A DNA stretch of 60,403 bases, counting the filler, from Sluysia triapertura (Eukaryota): assembly GCA_046118255.1 (NCBI GenBank). It is 4 parts of 4 records of this genome, joined end to end, with 100 filler letters (N's around TTAATTAATTAA, not from the genome) between each part and the next. Parts side by side here need not be neighbours in the genome. Positions count along the whole stretch, not along the records: positions 1 to 20,286 come from JBJNIA010023288.1; 3 more parts are not named here. The stretch is one strand, 5' to 3'. The translations under genes and the position numbers were made by a program. This document shows positions 1 to 14,270 of the stretch, one piece after another; positions within the stretch are counted from its first letter, which is position 1, and each line of letters begins with the position of its first letter. The notes under the pieces were generated by a model. It had not been told where the DNA came from, made no database searches, and saw only the letters and a program-made list of their open reading frames with translations.

Positions 1-2
1 TA

Positions 3-523
3 GATGTTTCTACTTGAGTATCGTACGTCACCGTGCCGCACGTTTGGCATTTGAAAGAAATCGGTTGATTATTAATAAATGGTACTTGATTGTGTGGATG
101 ATGGTGATGGTGATGATGTTGCTGATAATATGAAGAAGATGCAGGAGGTGTTCGACTGTATGTATGTTGATTATGATGGTCCGATTGAGGTAGATGGTTA
201 CGGTTATTATGTTGAAGAAATGAACCATGTGGTGGTATTGTACAATGTGTTGCACTTGCATTATTACAACAGATGGGCGGAGTACAACAAGGGTAGCATA
301 ACGGGACCGTGTGCTGATGAAAATGTAAAGGACCGGTATATTTGTTATAGATACTGTTATCAAGAGATACTGTTTGTTGGAAAGGTGGATACTGATAAAT
401 ATTATACGTAGGAGGTGGTGATGACGATGCTGTTGGATGAGTTTGGTGGTTTTGATGTTCGTGACTTGAAGTGGTTGATAAAGAACTATTTTGTTTCGTA
501 ACGTTTCTCTGAATTTTAAATAA
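3..523 (+). pseudogene. Densovirus NS3-like remnant (possible endogenous viral element)
   Basis: ORF 79-411 continues in frame past its TAG (EVVMTMLLDEF...). Motifs HLKEI (upstream, other frame), YYVEEMNH, YNRW, ICYRYCY and a frameshifted ELFCF occur in the order I recall for densovirus NS3. AATAAA at about 518. More GC-rich than the flanks. Confidence 0.4.
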
Positions 524-534
524 AAGTATTGTTT

Positions 535-536
<2 letters not shown>

Positions 537-591
<55 letters not shown>
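537..591. repeat. (AAT)n microsatellite
   Basis: Perfect AAT run. Confidence 0.95.
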
Positions 592-592
<1 letters not shown>

Positions 593-1694
593 TAAAGTTT
601 TTCAAACCAGATATATAATTATTATTAATATTACGTAAAGAAACAATAATTCAATTTGTTTATAGATTGAAAAATAAGACCTATGCCATGATTCTAAGAC
701 ACGCCTTTAAATAGAAGACCAATAATGCTTTATAATAAAAACATAGTAAATGTCATTTTATGCAATAGATTGACGTAATATAGAGACAAGTAACAATACA
801 GTATCTCTAAACTTGATCACAAAATTTCAGGACATTCGGAAAGGATGAGTTAGTTTGTGATTAACATACAAAATTATCATTTACATTTTAAGATTGAAAT
901 CAGTTAGGAATTTTATTCAAAATCAATACACTACAAAACAAATTTCAAACCTCAATCTCAAACCTTAAATATTTTGTAACTAAAATTACAAAACTTTTTC
1001 CACAACTATTTCATGTTATGATTGTGACATTTCAAGACAAAATCAAGACAAATCTAATAAAGATTTAGTAACCAACAAAGTACTGGACAAAGTCTTTGTC
1101 AGAGACAGTTTAGTAAGTAATTTCGTAAGATCACAGGTCATGAAACAATATATCATACTTTGTCTTGTTAATAAACATTAAATATTAAATGGTTAAGGTT
1201 TAAGCAAAATACTTCATGTCTTCTAAGAAAAGAAAACGAGTAAATAAAGGTGAAACTGAAGTTATCGTATTGAAAAATACATTAATGTAAACATACAAAT
1301 GCAAGAAAAACTGCAACAGAAATGTGTTAACAAAAGGAGTATTTTGAATCCAATAAAGCACATCGAACACATATTTAAAGATGATGACAATGAAATAGAA
1401 CCTTCAAAATAACCAACTGAAGCTATGAAATTAAAAATTCATAATAAACAATTCTTAGACCAGAAAAAGAATATCGAATTATGGCTATTGACTAGGGAAC
1501 ATGAACTATAACATCAATTGAAACGTAAGCCATATGAATAAATAGAGCGTTAAGAATTTAAAGCATTATTATTAAACTTACTAAGCTTAAATAGGTTGAG
1601 TTTTTATGTTTATATAATTTATACCGATCTTAATTTTCAATAATAATTACAATATTACAATAATAGTAATTAAAATAAATAACAAAATACAAAA

Positions 1695-1730
1695 TAATGT
1701 AATAATGTAATAATGTAATAATGTAATAAT

Positions 1731-1762
<32 letters not shown>
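1695..1762. repeat. (TAATGTAA)x5 minisatellite merging into (TAA)n; probable tail of a minus-strand retroelement
   Basis: Visible 8-nt unit repeated five times, followed by a TAA run and a more GC-rich segment at 1763-1840. Confidence 0.8.
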
Positions 1763-1763
<1 letters not shown>

Positions 1764-3839
1764 GAATTGTACTTAAAAACAAAATGGCCGTTAAATCTAG
1801 GCCTTTGTGTGAATTCTAGCCAGTGCCAATTCACATTTCACTTGATAAATGTATATAAAATATGTTATTTATTAAAGTAAAGTAAATTAAAAAGTAAAGC
1901 CAAAGTTTAAGACCAATAATGAAATAAGGCGAGGCAGATAAGAATGAATGAGAACTATCATAAAGTTTATTATGAAAATAAAATTGATCGATTGAATGAA
2001 AACTATAATAAGGCTATTCATAGTGTTTACCCCATTTTCGATGGAAAACACAATGAGTCCCGATTAATTACTATGATGAAGTTAATATGAAATATTACGA
2101 ATCACCTAACTTATTAAGTAGAATGTAAATTCGACGAACGAGAAACTATCAGCACGCCGGTCTTTCTAGTGCAGTTAAACATGGAAAGTCTCAACTATCA
2201 GCGAACTCTCATCGGAGTAATAATTTTATTAGCTGTACGTTAACCTTAAATCATGATTTAAGTGTTTCCGAAGAATCGCAAGCGCATTATTATGTTAGTA
2301 TTATTAAGACCTTTTATTCTTATAATCACGATTGTTTCTTTGTACATATTTATTTAGTTTTGATTAACTATAATTATTAATTTATTTGGATCATGAGTTG
2401 ATTTCGGGTTTAATTTTATGCTTTTTAATTTTTTTTAATTACATTAATTCTTTTATTGTCCTGACTTTGAAATCTTGACGAAATAACTTTTTTATTTAAT
2501 TTACTTAAGGTTTATTTTCTACAATTCTTTTGTAATTTTAGTTTGGAGGTTTCGTTCAATACTCGTTTCTGTTGCTTAAGATGGAAGTGCTAACTAAAGT
2601 GTTGTAATTTGTTATCTTTAGAATCCTATTCTTCAATACCTTGCTAAATAGAAACTTTATTTAATTAATGCAAGTGCAATTATAGATACAAACAAAATAA
2701 AGTTCCACATCACATATAAAAATTTTATAAACATTCATAATTATTTAATTTTTATAAAATTATATATTTTTTTTGTATTTTATGCAGAAAATTTTATAAC
2801 TAATAAATTATTCATGTTCACTGTCAAAGTCACTTCGATAAGTCAATCATCAAGCTAATCGTTCGATCAAATTTCCGACCCAGTATCATATATAATGTCA
2901 ATAATTTTGGTTAGATATACAAATATTCGAGTAATTAAATGATTTCAAATTTATGCTGAATGGCCTTGATTAAAATCTTCAATGGATACCATAAATATCC
3001 AGTTGTGAGGTTTATTTTTACGTGTATCCTTTATGTATTATTTTTTGTCTATAAAATCCCTGCATATTTTTATTTATAATAAATTAATATTAAGGTAAAT
3101 TTTCATTTACACTATTCATAAAATCAAAATTATTTTACATAATTTAGTGTATTACGTATACATAATTTATTATGTATCAAACTTCTGCACTTACAGGTGT
3201 ACTAAATTTTTTATAATTTATTTTATGGATTAAATTAACTACTTACAAAATTATTAGCTACTTACATTCTTAAATTGTGCATACATACTATTTTCATACT
3301 AATTTTTAGTAATTCAATATTTATTCAATGCGTCACACTAATAATAATTTTTATACTATTATAAATATCAGTAATTCATACTAATATTAATTTTTGGACT
3401 ATACTATTATTCTGTTATAAATATCTATAATTGAACATTCATTTAATGCATTTTTGTAATAATACTATTTTTATTTTAATTCTACAGTTTTAACATTCGT
3501 TAACTGACTTAATTCGTTTATTAACATTGATTCAACGTTCTTATATTCACACTCATTCGTAACATCGTTAATTCATCCATGCTATTTTTATTTTAGGACA
3601 ATAATTCAATATTCATTCATTATATATGTTTTTAGCATTCTTTTATTCACAACATTACTTATTAACATCCACATTCGCATGTACAGTGTAGTGTGAGATC
3701 ATTAACTTACAGCAATAAATAATAACAGAAGAATAAAACCGAAACAAATTAAACTTAGTATTTTATAAAGCATCTAACTTTTAAGCATTCTAATATGTTA
3801 GATTCATTTAGCATTAATGACTTATTTTTTACAATTTTA

Positions 3840-4845
3840 TTATGGAACACAGATTTATAAATGGAGAAATTTCTTGAAAAATTTCAAACATTTATTGAAA
3901 TATAATCTGAATCATTTTACAAATTTTGATTCACATAATGTTGGTATATTATAACATAATTGAAGTTCCAGTCATGTCAATCGCTAGTACACTTGCAACC
4001 ATGTTGATCGTAAATGAAACTACTATCCAAGATTATTGTGAATAAAGTTAAAGTTACTTTTACATTCTACAGTATGAATATAATTATTATTTTATCCTGA
4101 CAACTTGGTTATTCTAGACCACAAGTTTATAAATAAACATGCTTCCTATGCTGATAATGCTTATAAAGTTAAATGTGCGCTTGTTTTCGATAACAAGTAT
4201 GAAAAGAAAGATGAGCTTATCTCTTTTTGTAAATAAATATATGATCTTTATAATAATTTTATCTTTAAATTAATGAATAAACATGGATTCAGTTTTGATG
4301 TCAATTTTGTAAATAAAGGTTTGCTTAATTTTCATAAGAACTCTATGAATAAAGGAGTGTTAAACTTTTATAAGAGTTTATTTGTAGACAAATAAAGGTA
4401 TAATAATTGTTATACGAATATGTAAAACAAGATACGTTCAAATATGCTAACTTATTTTTTCATAAATTTATAATGAAGTTTCGTGACGATGTGTTGATTT
4501 CCGACCACGAACACATAATTGAAAATATATCTACTGTTGATAATGGATATGCAAGCAAATGTTCATCGCAATACAAGAACACTTGTTTTAACAAAACCAC
4601 ATTACGTGGAATTTTAAACTTGTATGAGATTAAATCAATAATTAATAAACAAGATGTCATAACCGTATTGTTGGACACAGAATCATTATTGAAATGACAG
4701 TACTTGGCTACTGTCACATGGTTAATTATCCGAGTTGTCACATCTTTAAGATGTTGTACTCGTCAATTGTGTTTCTATTTTTATTTACTCATTGTGAATC
4801 ATCTATGTACCTTTATTTATCCTCCCTGTTTTACTCAATAAAAAT
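3840..4845 (+). pseudogene. Decayed coding region of unknown origin, includes ORF 4407-4697 and a Cys/His-containing tail
   Basis: Broken reading frames with coding-like composition ending at AATAAA (about 4838). No family recognised. Confidence 0.3.
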
Positions 4846-7519
4846 TAAAAGTTTATAAAGTTTTTAATTTATAATATATATATTTTTTTACAGAAAATTT
4901 TATAACTTTAATAGTTCACTAAGAACAAGACACCAGATAGAGAGTTTAACACACTAGAATGTAAATGCACTCCTCTCGGATTAAACGGAAGATAAAATTT
5001 TTAAATTAGACTTAGCTATATTTAACAAATAAAATATTAGGCCAAGTTTATTTTATTTATTGAATATGATAAACAATATGAAATTCACTAATATTCAATA
5101 AATAATATTTAAATAATAAATAAAATATACAAAGCTAATTTCCTTTCAGTAATAAAAGTTTTTTAATCATTCAACATGAGTTTTTAACATTTAACTTCAG
5201 CCTCGACAAAAAGGAAATAAAGGAAAACGAAAATAGAAAACTTGAAATAGAATTAAACACATTTAATTATAAAGGAAAAGCTACGTAACGAAAAATTTTG
5301 TGACTTTAATAAAGATAATCGAAAAAATACAAACTTAAATTAATTAGAGGCCATATATAATTACAAAAATGAATATATTTAGATTATGTGCACAAATAAC
5401 TATAGTTGTGAAATTAGCCATAAAATAGAATTAAACATAAAAAATTAACTATAGAAATATATCACATGAAATTCAAAAACTATTTGCCATAGTACAATAA
5501 CAGTGAAAAATTCTATATCATAATTTTCATTTTAATTCAACTCACATAATTTTATAGCAATTGCAAATTGTCGATTTTATAAATGTGCAAATACAATGCA
5601 ATTGCTGATTTATTTATTAAAATCTTATGTTGGTTTTTGTAAAAATGAATCAATATTGCAACTACAAAGGAAAAATAAGAATTAAATTTTGTATAATGTA
5701 CACGTTTGTTTTATTTATGAAATTAACTGTAGAGCCAACATTTCATATAAAATGCATTTATCACGATTTTGATGAATATGAAATTATCAGTACCACAGAT
5801 TCAGTTGTTTGGCAATAGGAAATAAAGTGTACGAGGAAAAAAGAACTTCCGATGGTAGCTATATTTAATATTTGATTTTTCTATTACGAGAATTTAACTA
5901 TAGGTGTGGAACAAGTTTTTAATTGTAATTTAGTTTTTATGAATACATCAAATTGAGTCAACGATAGATTGTATCAACGATAATTTTCAAAAAGTGTGTA
6001 ATTTCCAAAAATTCTAAAATATATTAAAATTCTGTAAAAAATATTAATTTTACAAATATACAGATCGCCTTTCCACTGTAACAATGGACAAATGATTTTA
6101 AATTATGCTTTAAAAAGTTCTAAAGGTTTCTGAATTCAAAATATTCATTAAAGATCCAGTAAAAATGTTTAAATTTAAAATGATTGTTAAAAAATAAAAC
6201 ATAACTTTAACAATGAATCTTAATAACCTTTAAGTTTGTTATCGGACTAATAGTGTGAATGTTCGTAGGTTAAAGGTTAATGGTGTTACCAAATGAAAGG
6301 ATTATTTTCAAATTATAAAGACTTTATAAATGGGCATTGATATAGTGTTATGTAATGGTATATGTTCAAGATGAGATTTTGTCTATGTGGTGTCGATAGT
6401 GAAATATAATCGTAGGTAAAGAGTTGAAGCGCAACAGCAATCACACATCTTCTAATATCTTCGAAATACCTTTATTTCACAATCTGGTTGTCATTACTAT
6501 TATCATTTTTAGTAGCTCTAGTACCTACCTCGAAATGCTTTAATATTAAAATACTCAAGTTTCAAATAAAATTATCAATTTTAATTATTTTTGTATTGTA
6601 TATTTTTATTTATTATTTGTTTAATATTATAATTATAAAATTTTATTTTTATTAATATATTTGCTCTATATAAGTTTTAAATACGTAAAAACATGTAACT
6701 CAATTTACTTTTAGATTTGACGCTTTCAAGTTTGAACACTATTTTGAAAACCTTGAATTTGTTACTTTAAGTTTGAAACCAAATGTTTTATTTTGAGCTC
6801 TTACATAAGAGAGACTAAAAGCCGTTTTGATTAGCAAAGTAGTAACTACGTCTATTTTTTCCCACACTTCTTTGGTATAGAAATTTGTTAATTTCGTAAT
6901 ACGTTTTTAAAGAAAAAACAATAAATTTGATATAACGTTAAGTATTGATCGTGAGTTATGGTCACTGATTCGTTTCGACATCAGGTAACTGGAAGTGTAT
7001 TGGTACATGTGTGGTGGCCCAGCCCTACATATCACATAAATCATAATGATCATCTACATAACCTCATCACAAAAAACACAACGAAGTTTATCCACATCAC
7101 TTGCAACACCATACCACTCATCCCTACAAAATTCCAAACGTATAATAAAAATTATTTCATTAATCACAACGCATTGTCACCTTCTCATCATTATGACGCA
7201 AATTCTTCTCGCATCTATCTTGTAATTTTTTATTTTTATATTTCTTTATTTCGTACTTTGTGTTATCAATATGTTGTTACACAAGTGTATTTTATTTATG
7301 TCGAATGTAGACACCAAAATAATATAAAATTATAAAATATTATTGTCCGTTAGTTATATATATTACAAACTATAATAATTTTCTAACGCCAAATCCAAAT
7401 TTACGATGATAAAACAAAAATTAATATTGCAATTAACCAGAACACACAAATCACAATATGTTCGAGCTAAATAACTGTTAAGCCAATGTACAAAGATGTC
7501 GTACCTAACTACATTTTGA

Positions 7520-7800
7520 CAATTAATATTTTCTTCCATTTTTATTTTTGAATCCTATATTCTGTATTTTTACTTTCACGCCTATCATTTTACAACTTAC
7601 AAATAATTTTATCAGTAATTAAACATACTCTTTCATACATTAAATAAAACTACCTGTGAACTAAAAAAACGTGTTCTAAATCATTCTCATGAATATGCTA
7701 CTTCAAAAATAAATGATATAATTGATGATTGTATTTTAATCTGTAAAAAAGTAGTTATAGAAATATTGAATATCACTTTAACAAGACTAATATTTTCATA
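7520..7800 (-). mobile_element. L2/CR1-type LINE fragment
   Basis: caattaatattttcttccat...ttttgaatc is a degenerate reverse complement of 30760-30870 and matches the copies at 20398 and 42720. Confidence 0.7.
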
Positions 7801-8290
7801 TTAACTCAGTAAATAAAATATGAAACATTTTTATTTATTTTATAAAATAAGACTATGTTATATTTGTAACATAATTATAATGAAAAAAGCATAATTTTAA
7901 ATTTAATTTTAATTTTAATTTTTCAAAATTAGTTATTATCGAATCACAATTTATGAAATAAAATCTCATGTAACAGCAATAATAATAATAAGCTAATGAC
8001 GATGATTAAGATGATGTAAATAATGATAAGAATGATGATAGTGATGACTATAGTGACGATTGTGGTGACAATGATAATAAAGATTTTGATTGAATGGACC
8101 AATCAAAATTGTTATATTTGATTCAAGTGTGCGTGGCTGTATAAATACTAAAAATAATAACCTGGTAAGTCATTAATTAAATAATTTTGAAATAATTTAA
8201 AAATATTAAGCTGTTGATGAGGAAGATATAAAGTTTGAATCCACATAAAAAAATTCTGAAAATCGACACGAAAAGTTTTGATAGAACGAA

Positions 8291-8583
8291 ATGACTGAAA
8301 CAGTATCATATAATCATAGAATTCATGAACCATCGAATTTTATATCGGATGATCCCGGTTCAAGTGAACATCATTTTTTTACGGACGCTATTTCTAGTAC
8401 AATTAGTGGACCTTCAAATGATATGGGTAATAGCTTCGATGAAATTAAACAGCCGACATTTGAAAATTTTCAACGAATTTTATCGGATGTTAATCTTAGT
8501 TTTACTTTTGAAGATTCTTACAGACATGCCTATGTTTGAAATGCTTTTTGAAGAAAATGATGGGCATGTTTTAGATGTAAATG
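8291..8583 (+). CDS. Possible host exons of an unknown protein
   Basis: ORF MTETVSYNH...RILSD can be joined to ILTDMPMFEMLFEENDGHVLD through a very short GT..AG intron. No family recognised. Confidence 0.3.
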
Positions 8584-11160
8584 GTAGTCAGCTTTTCTTA
8601 TTATTTGTTTGATAATATCATATGTACTCAATGAATTTAATGTTAAAAACATTTGGTACAAACATATATAATTGGATTTAATTGTAAATCCATATAAACA
8701 AAATTATGTTGCAGTATTATATTATTTTGTTTAACAATAAATCTGTTTTGTGCCTTAACCACCATTTGTGTAATCATAATTATTTAAAATTTTATATAAA
8801 TTTTTATAATAGATTAAATGATAGAGTTAATAATAATACATGCAATAATTACTAAAAGTAAACATTATAATTTTAATATAAATAAAGACAAAACCACAAT
8901 AGCATGTTCTTACTTCTACGAAGTAAACTTATTCCCATTTGTCAATAGAGTAATGAAAAGGATATTCACACTAATTCAGTTGAGGTTCTTCCTGACCAAT
9001 TATGTCGTGAGAAAATCAGTTTTTTCACGACTGATATAAGAATGAAGAGATAACTATATCTTAGTTAATACTGCACTAGTTTTAATTGAAAAATTAATTT
9101 GTTTCCTAACTTTACAAATGTTTTGTCTCTTAGAATTCACCTAAGACCTACGATTTATGAGTAGGGCAACGTATAACGTAAGGGTCTTTGTGCAATTGTG
9201 TATGCATACGTGACATTTTACGAATTATATTTCTTTCTTAACAAAATATAATTAATTAATTACGTATTAAACGAAAGACCATTAACTTGTAAAAACTTAA
9301 CAATTCCATTTTTGTTGAGCCTTCCTTGTATATGTTTACTTGTTTTGTTGCTTTAATTATTAGTATTACCAACAATAGGTTATTATTTTTATTTTCTCTT
9401 TTTTATTAAAACAAATTACTTTTTTACAAATATAAATAATCACTTTATTCTTACTAGATTGCTAATAATAATTCAAAAACAATACTATTAATGTACATTA
9501 TCTAAATGTAAAATAAAAACATAATAAATATGATCAACTGATTTATAACTAGAAATATATATTCTAATTTAATTTTTAACTTTAAAAGAGATTTTATCTC
9601 GAACCAAAACTAGATTTGTAAAAGATTTATTAATTCACGACTAATTTGACTCTTTTAACAGAGACAAAATTTAACAAAAATAACTTACAAAAAACTTCAA
9701 ATGCAGGTTCCAAAACTAATCCAATAAATGCAGCTATCTATAAACAATATTTTAACCAATTAATAGTATATTCGTTAAGATGAATTACAAATTTTTTGAA
9801 CTTTGTAATCCTCGACACTGTGAAAGCTTTTATAAATCTCGATACTCCAAATCCAAATAGAAATTTGCAAGCAAATAAAAACTTTTTAAACAGTTAAACT
9901 AATTCGCTCATTTGTTGTTGTTGTGAAGATTTTTAAAAATTGTGTCTGCTAATAATTTTTTAATATTTATACATTCGCACCATGTGGCTTATTACAAATA
10001 ATTATTAAATAGTAAGTATTTTTTATCTAGTTATTTGCAAAATACTTTTATCTACTTATTTTCTGAAAATTTATTTAATTTATATCATACAGTTAGTTTT
10101 CATTATTTTTGCGCTAATTATTAATATTTTAGATGAAAATTGTGATATATTCAACATCAGGTTTGTTATTAGTAAGTTATTCGTAAGTTCGAAATTCTTC
10201 TTACTTTCACGAATATGACACTACTACAGAAATTCTACATAAACCAAAAATCATTTGTACAGCACTAACTGATTTAAAAGTAATTGACACAACCAATCTC
10301 TAAGTTACAATAACCACATGTTAAATTGTTGTAATAAACAACGAATCAACAAATTAACATATCCTCAATTTTTGGTACCTCTTTATATTATTGTTATAAA
10401 TCAAACATTGTTCACTTTTATAAAATATTCCTTAGTATTTATCGTTAATTAAGAGCACAATAAATTAAAACTGAATAAATTTCTAGTTCATTAAAATTGC
10501 ACTTAATAATTTTAAAATTTAAAGAAAAAATCAGATTAAATTTGATCCTTACTTATCACAATTTTAAATAATTTTCTTATATTTTGAAAAAAAATTATTT
10601 TATTATTTGTTTATTTAATCTGAAATAATCTATTACAAAACACATCTAATAAATTACAAATATTTAAAAAATGTAAAAATTAACTTTTTTTCTAGAGAAA
10701 ATTTGCCATTTTTCATGTTTGTAATGCCTTACTGATTTATTTTCTAATATTAATATTATTAAGTGTTCGTCATTAATTGTTTTTTTTGTTGGGTACACGG
10801 TCACACTCTAATAATAAAACCCTAATTTCCCAATGTTTAAAGTCTTTTAGCCTTTAATAAATCTTGTTAAAAGACCTTAAATTGTTAATTTACCAGTTTA
10901 TAATTAAGAAATTTAGTTCAACTCAAAGTTTGATGAGGAAGATAAAGACCTTAGATCTATCTAAAATTATTGCAATGTACGCATAAGACTTATCAATTAA
11001 TTAAGTATATATAAACACTGAGATACTGTTACGATAATGGAGACCTAAAAACACGTTTTTTAAAAATTAGCTAAAGTATTTTAATAAATTTGTTTTTTTA
11101 GTTTTCATTTAATTAAAAATTTCACACATGGCAAACTATTTGTTTTACTTATATTCATGA

Positions 11161-11490
11161 TAGATCGGTGGATTGGTGACTAGCACTTGTAAAATGTGTT
11201 AAGTAATCGATAAAACATAAATATGTAGATTAAGTTATGATAACTAAGGAATAATTAAAATATCTTGTAATTACAAATGACTTTGTGATATAAAATATCA
11301 AGGTTCAATTTAAATTAAGAATAATGATCAGATAAAGATAACTGATTATCAACATTGATTACTGACAATCACTAAACAACTACAATCGAATAGCATAAAT
11401 TGACTAACATTTCGGTACTAATAAATTAGTGTAAATCATAATTAGACGTTTACCTATACTAAAAGATACACAAATATTATGTTCCCGAAT
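11161..11490 (+). mobile_element. Merlin/ISXO2-like DDE transposase remnant
   Basis: Broken peptides *IGGLVTSTCKMC*VIDK, STLITD and ISVNHN*TFTYTKRYTNIM follow the WVFGG..ER / I.TD / TVNH...F...HTN.IE order of IS1595/Merlin transposases. Confidence 0.45.
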
Positions 11491-11641
11491 CAATTAGAAA
11501 TTTATTTATTAATGTTGGATTGATACCAATAATGACAATCTTATAATAATACACTAATAATGATAAATACACTAATAAAAATAGGCTAAGTAATGATTTT
11601 TTTTCTAATTCAGAAGTATAATTTCGTGTGGTTTTATTATA

Positions 11642-11662
11642 TTAACCCTTTCGCGTCGACTT
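11642..11662 (+). mobile_element. piggyBac-like terminus (TTAA|CCCTTTCGCGTCG)
   Basis: TTAA followed by CCCTT. No partner end seen. Confidence 0.35.
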
Positions 11663-13934
11663 ACTTTTACAATTATTTTACAAGTTTCCACTACACATGC
11701 GCAACTGCATCATTTATTACAGACTTATGATGTTTTGTGTTGTATGAGTCACACTTTTATGAAGTGGTAGCAGAAAAAACCATAATGAAACGTAAATCAT
11801 ATAATGATTTACATATAATGAAACCGTAATATATGTAAATCATTTATTCGAATTTCTAGTTTAACACAAAGTTAATTATTCGTCCATAATTATCTAAAAA
11901 TAATAATAGTCTTCCATATCAAAAACATCATTTTATGTAGTGTTTCCTTTAAATACTGCAATATGGCCAATTAATTTTTTAATTTTATTATGGTTTCCTA
12001 TAATTAATTAGTCCTAATATACGTAGCCTTGGAATTATAAGGTGAAATTCTGCGTAACATTTAATTTTGATTTATAATATAGTTGCCCAAAATTTATTTA
12101 TTTGTATCAGCCTTAAGTTAGTATGTACTTATGTTAGTGTTCGTTTTTATTTTATCTTATTAACATGTGTTTTCTCGTTTCCACACTTCTACTGTTTGAT
12201 CGGTTTCACCTTTTTTAATTAAGTGTCCTAATAATTACTGTATACTGATCCTTTTCTTGCTCTTCGTTTTTTCTCAACACATATTAATTCTGATTTATTT
12301 ACAATTATCAATCTCATTTATTATATTATATTCGTTATCAGTCAATTTAATTGTAATAACTTAATGACATTTGTTACATATATTTTGGAAATATTTCATC
12401 ACAATTTTTGGTATTTTATTACATCTTTCTCTTAGTTGTTATTTACCTAATATTTTTATTTATTTGTTATATTTTCTTTTCTGTTTTTTTAAAAAACTTT
12501 AACTATCCAAAGTAGATAGGAGTTATCAGATAAGTCACTCAATAATACTCAAAATGTCGGTTACTCAAATTTCAAAAATACTAGCTCATTTAAAAGTTGT
12601 TTCAGGTCTAAATTCTTAAAATATAATTTCAAATTAAGTCGAATTTTAAAGATAATAAAAGCCACAGAATCTTTAATATTTATAACTGATTGTGCGAATC
12701 ATCTTATCGAACATAAATATAATTTCTCAGATTTAAGCTTAAACGAAAACCCTACTCCTTATCTTAATCTTGTAAATATCCTCCCAATTATAAACTTTAC
12801 AACGCTTAACCTCCTAAGAGTTGTAAAATCCAACATGATTTCACAACTTCTATTTATGTTTTACTTAATCATTTAACACATTTCATTTCACTCACCCATC
12901 ATAATGATCATTCATGGAAACTACTCACATTAATAAAGCAAATAGAATTAATTATAATAATGTAAAAAAAATTAAAATGTTAATTCAAAAATACCCTATA
13001 TAAAGAGCGTGACTAAATCACTATGGAATCGGGAAAATTAATAAATGATGGCAAAAGTATTTTAAAAAACCTACTATACGAATGTTTGGAAAAAATTACC
13101 TTTAAATTACTGAATATCGTCACAGGAAATGAGAACGAGTAATAAACTATTTGAAAGATATATGCATGCTAGTTATAAAATATTATTATAGGAAGGTCGA
13201 AAATTCTAAAATAAACCTTATTGGACACAATTTATAGTAAACTCAACAGTAACGAAGCAAAAATAAAAAAGTTTCACACCTTTAATCAGTCTTCTGCACA
13301 AGTTAATAGGCATCGTAAATTTTTTCACAAAGTTTGCAAATAAAGATTAAGTACTGATTTTAAAATAATGTTGATAAAATGAAAAACTCTGGCATATCAT
13401 TTACTCATCAATTCTTAAATTTATTTTTTAAATTAATGAAGTGGAAATTCGTCGTAGAAAATCGATTGACTCATATCGATTGACTGAACTAACTGATATT
13501 ACTGGAAATTTTAATTTCGTTGAATTTTCTGCCAAGTTTACGTAAGTACAATATCTAAATCAAAATTTATAAAACTTGATATAATTTAAACTTAAATTAA
13601 TTAAAATTTTAGTAAAATAAAATAATTTGAATTTAAATAAGCTAAGTGATTTATTTAAAATAAAAAAATATTTGATTTTATGTATCATATTTTAATAGAA
13701 TTTAATTTAATTTAAATTTCTGATAGCATTGTATATAGTTTTATTTTAATGTTTTGGGTGACTATTTATTTGTTAGGAAAGGTGAATATTTACCTGAAGA
13801 TGTTCAATATTTCATATTAGTAAAGGTTACAATGACGATGATAAATTAAAGTTATTCAATAATAAGTTATTAATATTAAATCAAGTTTACTAATACCTTT
13901 AACTTTTTAAACATTTCAATTTGTAGAAATTCAA

Positions 13935-14270
13935 ATCTTTTGCAAGAACCTAGTACAGAAATCCTTATAGAAATGCATTTTCGCCGACGCTCTTACAATT
14001 TTATACTTCTTAAATGTCGTCATCATAGTGAACTGCGTGAGGTTACAACATTGGCAGTATCAAGTGAGTATTAAGAATGCTGACTTACTGAAAACCTCTC
14101 AGTTTTCTTATAACATCTTATTGCACGTACTATCAACGGCCAACATACTATAATTGATCAGGAGTCCTACACTTCATACGAAATGATATTTTATAGCAAT
14201 GATATCTTTGTAGCTTCTAAGTAGTTTTGAGTTTGGTATAATTGCACTTCTATCTCTATCAAAATAGACA
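13935..14270 (+). pseudogene. Possible Cys-loop ligand-gated ion channel remnant
   Basis: EPSTEILIEMHFRRRSYNFIL resembles the pre-M1 EPYPDI...IRRR motif. It is followed by REVTTLAVS, a candidate 39-nt intron and hydrophobic broken frames. Confidence 0.3.

Noticed and set aside
28-363. Minus-strand 111-aa ORF, and similar shadow ORFs (4460-4741, 16175-16465, 20602-20787, 48802-49047)
   Set aside because: Antisense shadows of better-supported frames on the opposite strand.
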